Virus record (IMG/VR): IMGVR_UViG_3300031772_000015
DNA from: an uncultured virus (IMG/VR IMGVR_UViG_3300031772_000015)
Taxonomy: Duplodnaviria > Heunggongvirae > Uroviricota > Caudoviricetes
Reading direction: 5' to 3' (one strand)
DNA length: 64,000 nucleotides
This document shows, piece by piece, positions 8,308 to 14,991 of this stretch. A program made the translations under genes and the position numbers. The notes below the pieces were generated by a model. The model searched no databases. It was not told the DNA's origin and saw only the letters and a list, made by a program, of their open reading frames with translations. Numbering within the stretch: position 1 is the first letter of the stretch; each line of letters starts with the position of its first letter.

Positions 8308-9878
8308 TGAATCCTTCGGGTGGCAATCTCGTAGTTATGGGGGTCCAGTTCAATCCCGATGCACCTGCGACCTAGTCGCCGGGCGGCCACGAGTGTCGAA
8401 CCACTGCCAGCAAATGGGTCCAGGATAAGTCCCCCATCCGGGGTTGAAAGCAAACCCAACAAATACTCCATCAGAGTCAGGGGCTTAACAGTGCTGTGCG
8501 TGTTGCCGCGCCTTCCTTTTGCGCTTATCCGCGACAACACGCGCGATGCTGCACTGACGGCACTCAGCAGTGACGCCATCGTGCCGCTTGTAGAAGTCCG
8601 CAATCGGTCGATGTCGTCCGCAACGGCGACAAGGTTTAATCCAGCCGCCAGCAACATCTCTGTAGCACCCAGAATGGATGCGTTTGTGTTCGAGGAAGGT
8701 GAGAAGTTGCAGGTTCTCAATTCGATTGTCAATCTTATTAAAATTGACATGATGGATGCAATAGCCATCCGGGATTGGTCCGTAATGTTGCTCCCAGACA
8801 ACATCGTGTTCCATGCGGCGTCGGCCAGACGGTGTGTGCCAATAACGGATATATCCCTGATCTGTTTCAGCAACTCGTCCGTCTCTTGGCTTAGGTCCAC
8901 ATCTTCCCATGTCACCACCTTTTCACAACCTTTATTTCGCTCGTTGGTTGTTGCTTTAGCACAATAAAAAAATCGACTTGCCCCGCCAGAATCATTGGGA
9001 TATTCACGGCTGAGATGATTGTTGATACCCCAAGTCGTACCCTCCACGACTGCGTTCTTACTCCGCTCGGATCGTTTCCCAGTGACACTAAGCCGCCCAG
9101 TCTGCTCGTCCAACTGCGCGGCAGCCTCTTCATCCAACAACACGTTCGCAGGCCACCGGCCGCACTCGGACCCGCCTACGGGTGAGCGCTTCGTACTCGC
9201 CCAACCAGCCACGGTCAAACTGTCCCCGCGCGTGCGCACGGTACTCTCGGTGCCAACCCGACTGGCTTCAATGTTCATCCCCGCCACGTCCCAAGTCAAA
9301 GCATTGTGAGCAATCGTCCCGTCCATCGGTTTCATCGCCAGGACGATTGGTTCCCAAGCCGGTTTCAGGGCCATAGCCCAACCAGTCCACTTTGCTGCCT
9401 CGGGTGTGGCCGGGGCCGTGATAGCGCACTCAGCCTCGGGATTATGTAGGTCGCCATAGACTTCGTTCGTGCGGCCATTATTGGCGAGCGAATAACCAGG
9501 TTGACCTAACTTGGTGCCTATAATCTCGCGTTTGGCTCCCTTTGACTTGTCGATCATCTTTCCGATGTCACCACACTTTGGCATCCCCTGCCCATAAAGC
9601 CACATTAAGGTGTCTCGAATCTCCCACCCCGCATCTTCAATCGCACAAGTCAGCCGATGATAGGTTCGTGTGCCACCGAACGCCAAGAGTAACGCACCAG
9701 GTTTGCAGACACGCAAGATTGCCCGCCAATACTCCGGTCCTGGAACCACATGATCCCAACCTTCTCCCATGAAATTTATCCCGTAGGGCGGGTCCGTAAC
9801 TACATAATCCACGCATGACTCAGGCAACGTAGCAAGAACATCCCGGCAATCACCTTGATACAACGTGATGTCTTTCAT
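8295..9878 (-). CDS. DNA N6-adenine/N4-cytosine methyltransferase with a roughly 140 aa insertion
   Basis: Motifs DPPY, ALKPAWEP, GRWPAN, RFFYCAKA, HSTVKP and DPFAGSGST. The insertion lies between ERNKG and NTHSTVKP. Confidence 0.9.
   Translation of the reverse strand: MKDITLYQGDCRDVLATLPESCVDYVVTDPPYGINFMGEGWDHVVPGPEYWRAILRVCKPGALLLAFGGTRTYHRLTCAIEDAGWEIRDTLMWLYGQGMPKCGDIGKMIDKSKGAKREIIGTKLGQPGYSLANNGRTNEVYGDLHNPEAECAITAPATPEAAKWTGWAMALKPAWEPIVLAMKPMDGTIAHNALTWDVAGMNIEASRVGTESTVRTRGDSLTVAGWASTKRSPVGGSECGRWPANVLLDEEAAAQLDEQTGRLSVTGKRSERSKNAVVEGTTWGINNHLSREYPNDSGGASRFFYCAKATTNERNKGCEKVVTWEDVDLSQETDELLKQIRDISVIGTHRLADAAWNTMLSGSNITDQSRMAIASIMSILIRLTIELRTCNFSPSSNTNASILGATEMLLAAGLNLVAVADDIDRLRTSTSGTMASLLSAVSAASRVLSRISAKGRRGNTHSTVKPLTLMEYLLGLLSTPDGGLILDPFAGSGSTLVAARRLGRRCIGIELDPHNYEIATRRIQCES
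8485..8910 (-). CDS. HNH endonuclease with C-terminal Zn finger, nested out of frame inside the methyltransferase
   Basis: EHDVVWEQHYGPIPDGYCIHHVNFNKIDNRIENL is an HNH motif; CRRC...CRQC follows; own RBS (AAGGTGGTG) upstream of the ATG. Confidence 0.85.
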   Translation of the reverse strand: MGRCGPKPRDGRVAETDQGYIRYWHTPSGRRRMEHDVVWEQHYGPIPDGYCIHHVNFNKIDNRIENLQLLTFLEHKRIHSGCYRDVAGGWIKPCRRCGRHRPIADFYKRHDGVTAECRQCSIARVVADKRKRKARQHAQHC

Positions 9879-10393
9879 CTCTTATCTTCTAGGTAAAATG
9901 TTTGTTCCGGTCCAGGACGTTGCTTAAACTCGCTCCATACGTTCAATCCTTCGTTGTAAAACAGACCGTAAATCTGATTGAAGCAATGGCGAATCGTATG
10001 TTCAGCATCGGGATTTGATCCTGCCTTGACGGCATCCCGCCACTGATTCAATGTCCCCGTGAATACGGCGGCCATGACGCCTCGCCCCAGTGTCTCTGTG
10101 AAAACGACTGGCATCCCGGCGGCGCACTCAATGATGTCGAGTAGGTCGCGCTCATCCGCAACCATAAACAAACTGAATGTTGTATGCGCTAACAAGTTCG
10201 GTTGCAACCCCGCCCGAGCCTCGGGATCGCGCAAAGCCGCAAGGCAGCTTAGGAAACGTTCCGCTTCCGACATCTTGCGCGGGCACGCATCAATGGCGGC
10301 AGCCGGACTGCGACCAAGAACCTTGTGGCTGATGCCGATGAAGGCTGCCATATCCACGGTCGGACGTTGAATAATGATGACGGCTGGAAGCAT
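9875..10393 (-). CDS. Hypothetical protein, possibly a degenerate ThyX-like fold
   Basis: VFTGTLNQWR...AEHTIR loosely resembles the ThyX C-terminal region, but the RHR motif is absent. Confidence 0.4.
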   Translation of the reverse strand: MLPAVIIIQRPTVDMAAFIGISHKVLGRSPAAAIDACPRKMSEAERFLSCLAALRDPEARAGLQPNLLAHTTFSLFMVADERDLLDIIECAAGMPVVFTETLGRGVMAAVFTGTLNQWRDAVKAGSNPDAEHTIRHCFNQIYGLFYNEGLNVWSEFKQRPGPEQTFYLEDKR

Positions 10394-10394
10394 G

Positions 10395-12065
10395 TTATAC
10401 TTGAATGAACCAAGTCCAATCTGCGCCTCGTTGTACAGTCTGACCAATCTTGGCGGCATATTCGTCCACAGCCCGTGTCACACCCCACTGCGGATAAAAC
10501 ACTTCCATGCCGTAGTCGTGGCCGCACAACAGACCGCCGCTTCGCACTTTTGGTGCCCACAATTGTATGTCGGCAGCAATGCCTGCGTATGAATGGTCTG
10601 CATCGAGAAAAACGAAATCAAGTGAACCTTCTTCAACGGCAGATTCCCAAGGTGCGAACATCCGTGTTGCTTCTTCCGAAGTCATTCGCAGAATTTGGCG
10701 ACGATCCCGTGCGTGGTCTGTCACGCGCAACGCTTCCGCCAAGTCTTCTTCACGTTGTTCCTGTGTACGGGCAACGATGCCGTCCCCTGATTTAGCATAC
10801 GAGGAATCTTCCGCAAAGACACCCCAGGTATCAACCATGCCAAGTTGTAAGGTCGGCAATTCAGTCAGTAAGTAACCTGAAAGTGCCCCACGGTCAACAC
10901 CGATTTCTACACCCTTCAACATGCCGTCATGTTGTAAGGACTTCACACGCTCAACGACATCCGGCCCACGCCACAACCCGCGAGTTTCATACCATCCGCC
11001 ACCAAGCAACTTTTCGAGTCGCCTAAAGTAACGCATGTATTGCTGATATGCGACAGGTAGACTGTGACGTTCTTCCACAGCACGGCGACAGTCAAGAGGG
11101 TCAATCCATTTTATACTATTCACAGCACTCACGAACTCTTCCATGTCACGACAACAAAATCCTGTCACTCCCTGTTGAATGATCTCAGGTAACGCACCCC
11201 AGTCGCTTGCAATGATCGGCGTCCCACACGCCAAGGCTTCAATGAGAACCATGCCAAAGGGTTCCAACCAACGGCATGGATGCAAAAGTGCTTTCGCCCC
11301 CCGCAACAATTCGAGACGCTGTTCCAAGTTCACGTACCCTGTAAACTCAACGTTACCGGGCAGTTGTTTGAGCCAATCAGGAACGTCGTGAGTTACCATA
11401 TCAACGCCTGCCACGATGATTTTTGATCCACTCCGATTGGCAATGTCAATCGCAATATCGGTGCCCTTGTCTCGATCCAACCTCCCGAGACAAAGTAGAT
11501 AGTCACCCTTCTTTTCCTGCACTTGGAAGTCATCCAAATCCAGGTAGTGTGGAATGACAGCATCAATCCAATTCGGGTTTCGCTCCATTTTCAACTCACC
11601 ATAAAGGTAGTGCATCCACGCATAGGATGGGAACACCTTATGATAACTGAAAATGCCGGAATATCCGACGATAAACTCACAAGCCAGCGTTGACACGTCA
11701 GCGACGAACTTTTGATACCGTCCGAAACTGATAAGCGAGATGTCGCCCGTCCGATAACGTCGGCGCAGTGCCATGCGTCCTAACGCTATAAACGTTTGCC
11801 AAGTGGCACTTGCCCCATCGTTCTTCCATGCTGCCGCCGGAACTCCATGACTTCCCATCACCAAACCATCAGGCAAAAGATGTTTAGGAACAATGACGAC
11901 CATCTCGTCGCACGGAGCATCGCTTCCTTCGGCTCCGTAAAACGTCACATGATGCCCATTATCCTTGAGCATCTTCGCCATGTTCCAAATCAATGGTGTC
12001 ATTGGTTCATACGTATTCGCCTTGCATGTCGGGATATTCGCCAATCCGAAGAGATGAAAACGCAT
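10395..12065 (-). CDS. GT-B (GT4-like) glycosyltransferase fused to a class I SAM methyltransferase
   Basis: GT motifs GRLDRDKG and EPFGMVLIEALACGTP; C-terminal VEIGVDRG, DFVFLDADHSY and GHDY. Confidence 0.88.
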   Translation of the reverse strand: MRFHLFGLANIPTCKANTYEPMTPLIWNMAKMLKDNGHHVTFYGAEGSDAPCDEMVVIVPKHLLPDGLVMGSHGVPAAAWKNDGASATWQTFIALGRMALRRRYRTGDISLISFGRYQKFVADVSTLACEFIVGYSGIFSYHKVFPSYAWMHYLYGELKMERNPNWIDAVIPHYLDLDDFQVQEKKGDYLLCLGRLDRDKGTDIAIDIANRSGSKIIVAGVDMVTHDVPDWLKQLPGNVEFTGYVNLEQRLELLRGAKALLHPCRWLEPFGMVLIEALACGTPIIASDWGALPEIIQQGVTGFCCRDMEEFVSAVNSIKWIDPLDCRRAVEERHSLPVAYQQYMRYFRRLEKLLGGGWYETRGLWRGPDVVERVKSLQHDGMLKGVEIGVDRGALSGYLLTELPTLQLGMVDTWGVFAEDSSYAKSGDGIVARTQEQREEDLAEALRVTDHARDRRQILRMTSEEATRMFAPWESAVEEGSLDFVFLDADHSYAGIAADIQLWAPKVRSGGLLCGHDYGMEVFYPQWGVTRAVDEYAAKIGQTVQRGADWTWFIQV

Positions 12066-12096
12066 GGTAGTTTCCTTTTGGTTTCCTTGTGATTAG

Positions 12097-12332
12097 TGGA
12101 GACGGAGGGAATCGAACCCTCGTGTCAGGACGTTTCTATGCCGGTGTCTACGTGTGTAATCGAAACTCGAACTCAACACAAACTCGAAACAAACAAGCAG
12201 TCAGTCGCTAGGCTGCCATAGCAAATTGCGGTTTGGCAATTAAGGTTTTAATCGGCTTTTAACGTGGCCCACCGATCAACCACGACACGCAACCAAACAC
12301 ATCATCCGTCTGATCGAATCCAATTCGTCCCC
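12097..12332 (-). ncRNA. ssrA: tmRNA (compact, about 236 nt)
   Basis: 5' GGGGACGAATTGGATTCGA and 3' GGTTCGATTCCCTCCGTCTCCA form a tRNA-Ala-like domain with G3-U70. A pk1-like pseudoknot is followed by the tag ORF AKPQFAMAA-stop (12208-12237). Confidence 0.92.
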
Positions 12333-12337
12333 AAAGT

Positions 12338-12427
12338 CCGCTCACTGAACTCCCCTTCACCAACAGTCTGGTTGAGGCCGTGGCACACCTAGTTCAGTTC
12401 CCCACGGTCAGGCCGATAGCCGAGCGG
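12338..12427 (-). ncRNA. Unidentified pseudoknotted structured RNA directly 5' of the tmRNA
   Basis: Five complementary pairings within 90 nt, two of them crossing. Strand assumed from neighbouring genes. Confidence 0.5.
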
Positions 12428-12438
12428 CAAGATCGTTT

Positions 12439-12771
12439 CTACTGCTGAATCCCGATGCCGGGATTGAGCACTTCAACCGTGACCCGAAGCCGGACACCTT
12501 CGCGTGTGGCGTCCCGTTCCTCACAGTTATATGTACCCGACGCCTGTTGCGCTCGTATCTTTTGCAACATCTCGTCGAACTCAGCATTGCTTGGAAAACC
12601 CAATTGCCGCGCAATGTAGTTAGCCAAGGCTTCCGGTTGGTAGCCGCCTGTCACCACATCCGCAGTCATGGTTTCAGGAGTGGGTGGTTCCGTGATGATG
12701 ATTTCCCGGTCGGTATCACCCGCCGAGTATTCCAACTTCACGTCGCCCTCGAACACGATTTGTTGAGTCAT
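12439..12771 (-). CDS. Hypothetical protein
   Basis: Likely start MTQQ at 12771, after an AAGGT RBS. Confidence 0.55.
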   Translation of the reverse strand: MTQQIVFEGDVKLEYSAGDTDREIIITEPPTPETMTADVVTGGYQPEALANYIARQLGFPSNAEFDEMLQKIRAQQASGTYNCEERDATREGVRLRVTVEVLNPGIGIQQ

Positions 12772-12792
12772 AGTCAATACCTTTCTGAAAGA

Positions 12793-12827
12793 TAGCCGAG
12801 GGCGGTCGCCGTCGCCGCCCTCGGCTA
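12793..12827 (-). terminator. Stem-loop after the SSB-like gene
   Basis: tagccgagggcgg / ccgccctcggcta, followed by TCTTTC on the minus strand. Confidence 0.55.
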
Positions 12828-12835
12828 ATTGATGT

Positions 12836-13570
12836 TTACCGGGCGCGAGTGGTCTTCTCTTCGACCTTCTCGACACCGTTATCACGAATCGTCAAGAACC
12901 GCATGATTTCCTTGACGAAGACTTCCTCAGACGGCAGTGCCACAAAGGGCGTGCTGCACATCACGACAACCGGAGCGTGCCACGAACCTTTGCGGTTCTC
13001 AGCCAACTTCACCTTGAGCGTCAAGGGAATCGGGCCGTGCGGTTCCAGGCCAGTCACATCCGTCCCGGCTTCGGCCAGACGCCGAATGTCGCCTTCGGAT
13101 AGCGGAAGGAAGGGGTAAATCTTCTTGGCTTCAATGCGGTTGGTCTTCGTGCCGCAGAAGAACTCCAAGAAGCGACGAGTGGATTGCTCGTAGACCAAGA
13201 AGGACGGACCAAACTGGCAGTGTGATTCCGCCTCAACCGATTTGGCCGCAATCCGCTTGAACTCCGGCGTCTCCATGTCGTACACGATGACGAGTGCTTC
13301 CAGGTCCGTCATGTCGATGGCCTTGGGTCGGCGGGCCAATGGAAGAATGTTCACCGTCACTCCCAGGTCGTAGACTTCCTCGTCGGATTCCGGGATGCCA
13401 TAGTGGCCGGGCCGGATCAATTCCTTGTTGATGGCCTTACCCTTGGTGAACAGTTGCATCCGGCCAATATAGTCGCCACCCTTCGCCAGTTCCGCGAACT
13501 GGTCGTCGGTGCCGATCTGGGTGGACGGAAGTTGATTCAGGTTGACAGGAACCAAAGCGTTGTCGGACAT
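12836..13570 (-). CDS. Putative ssDNA-binding/replication accessory protein
   Basis: Strong GAGG RBS; beta-rich with a KGSWHAP C-terminal motif reminiscent of phage SSB-like proteins. Function inferred. Confidence 0.5.
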   Translation of the reverse strand: MSDNALVPVNLNQLPSTQIGTDDQFAELAKGGDYIGRMQLFTKGKAINKELIRPGHYGIPESDEEVYDLGVTVNILPLARRPKAIDMTDLEALVIVYDMETPEFKRIAAKSVEAESHCQFGPSFLVYEQSTRRFLEFFCGTKTNRIEAKKIYPFLPLSEGDIRRLAEAGTDVTGLEPHGPIPLTLKVKLAENRKGSWHAPVVVMCSTPFVALPSEEVFVKEIMRFLTIRDNGVEKVEEKTTRAR

Positions 13571-13600
13571 TGTTGTACCTCGTTGTTGTTGTTGTTGGGA

Positions 13601-14557
13601 TCAGGAAAGTGGATTCTGGATGGTGGATTCAGGAGTTAGGGGATCGAGATGTGGAGGTAGGAATGGGCAGTCTAGGGCATCATCAGGTTCCTTTCGTGTT
13701 ATTAAAGCCGTGTACGCACGTTCGCGGAATTTCTCTTTCTGAACGGCAATACTTTCTGAATCAAGATGTAGCATCCATTGCAGACAACGTTTCCAAGCAT
13801 CAAGTGGCGTGCAATCCATTGTAACCACGGCTCCGGCATCGCACATCGTTGCTTCCCGTTGCAACTCTTTCACGGATCGGCAATGTGGGACTGGCTCAAA
13901 TTCATTCAATTCAGCAACATCAAGTGTACCTTGAATTGCTGCTTCACGGTAACGTTTCAAGTACGCCGAAACAAGAACTCGAAACTCATTGCGCGGCATT
14001 GTCATCGCCAGCGGTGCAAATCGAGGTTGGTGTCGAAATGGAATCAATGCCAACTTGATAGCATTATCTACCGGCATTTCGCCCCGTTCCAACCGTTTCT
14101 GATTCCGTGGCGACAAATCAAGCAGACCAAGAATCTGATTGATCCAAGCGGGGCTTTTGTGGACAATCGCTTGCAACTGTGCCAATGTAATTTGTGGCCG
14201 GGCGTCAATTATCTTTTTGATTTGTCGCGCAAACTCCACCGGCGTCGTCTCAGGTCGAATCGCATTGGCTTGAATCTGAAGCGCGATTACGTCATCCTCA
14301 GTCAAGTTGTATTTGACGATGCACGGCACAACTCGCAATTCAAGTTCCTTCGCGGCTGACCAACGATAAAGTCCATCTACTACTTCATAGAAGCCAGACT
14401 TCTGCGCTGGGCGCACACAGATAGAATTGAGGAAACCCTTGTCAGCAATCGAGTCCCGCAGTTCCAAGTACGCAACCGATTCTCGGTTGACCAACCGCAG
14501 AATGACCCACGGTTCGATCAATTGGCGTAATGGGATTGGGCGAGTTTCATCTTGCAC
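13601..14557 (-). CDS. ParB/Srx-like protein with HTH
   Basis: ELRDSI..KGFLNSICVR, YEVVDGLYRW and ANAIR, then an HTH. Likely GTG start at 14557, downstream of the promoter motif and GGAG. Confidence 0.85.
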   Translation of the reverse strand: MQDETRPIPLRQLIEPWVILRLVNRESVAYLELRDSIADKGFLNSICVRPAQKSGFYEVVDGLYRWSAAKELELRVVPCIVKYNLTEDDVIALQIQANAIRPETTPVEFARQIKKIIDARPQITLAQLQAIVHKSPAWINQILGLLDLSPRNQKRLERGEMPVDNAIKLALIPFRHQPRFAPLAMTMPRNEFRVLVSAYLKRYREAAIQGTLDVAELNEFEPVPHCRSVKELQREATMCDAGAVVTMDCTPLDAWKRCLQWMLHLDSESIAVQKEKFRERAYTALITRKEPDDALDCPFLPPHLDPLTPESTIQNPLS

Positions 14558-14578
14558 AACAACGTCTCCGCGTCTAAC

Positions 14579-14611
14579 TACAATATCGGCCAAAACAGCA
14601 AAATCCTGCAT
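14579..14611 (-). promoter_or_regulatory. Conserved phage promoter motif, copy 1 (leftward)
   Basis: ATGCAGGATTTTGCTGTTTTGGCCGATATTGTA on the minus strand. Confidence 0.75.
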
Positions 14612-14626
14612 CAAAAGTAAGAATCC

Positions 14627-14659
14627 ATGCAGGTTTTTGTTCGATTGGCCGATATTGTA
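14627..14659 (+). promoter_or_regulatory. Conserved phage promoter motif, copy 2 (rightward)
   Basis: ATGCAGGTTTTTGTTCGATTGGCCGATATTGTA, followed by AGAGG and ATG at 14677. Confidence 0.75.
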
Positions 14660-14676
14660 TTGTAGAGGGAAAATCT

Positions 14677-14991
14677 ATGCAGTTGACCCGATGCCAACGC
14701 CGCCGGTTCTATCCGGTTCTCACTGCCGCACAAGAAAACGACTTCTGGCGACACGTCACCCGTGGCGACGACGACGCTTGCTGGCCGTGGCCGACATGGC
14801 AACCGATTATTGAACCATTGCCTACATTCTATCTATGCCATCATGGTGATGTAAACGCCGCTCGAATTGCATACTGGCTCTGGTACGGCGTTCAACCGGG
14901 ACTCTCGAACGTCTTGCACTCTTGCAAGAATCCCTGTTGTTGCAATCCACTTCACCTGTATCTGAGGATGACCCATGATAAAGGTCAGTGA
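14677..14991 (+). CDS. HNH endonuclease (His-Cys-box-like)
   Basis: DACWPW...AARIAY...VLHSCKNPCCCNPLHL. Confidence 0.8.
   Translation: MQLTRCQRRRFYPVLTAAQENDFWRHVTRGDDDACWPWPTWQPIIEPLPTFYLCHHGDVNAARIAYWLWYGVQPGLSNVLHSCKNPCCCNPLHLYLRMTHDKGQ

Noticed and set aside
8159..8353. ORF MNWTPITTRLPPEG resembling a DUF551 start
   Set aside because: It is an off-frame read of the MTase C-terminus and continues into poly-Ala from the microsatellite. The lipoprotein frame has the better RBS and signal.
8495..8930. Intein in the methyltransferase (the insert begins near a Cys and ends GN-T)
   Set aside because: No recognisable HINT blocks. The Cys and Asn fit the MTase's own ERNxGC and NxHPTVKP motifs, and the coding signal lies in the other frame.
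12333..12428. RNase P RNA or SRP RNA (plus-strand AAAGTCCG and GTCAGG...GCGGC)
   Set aside because: Only short partial matches; the required flanking consensus and helices are missing.
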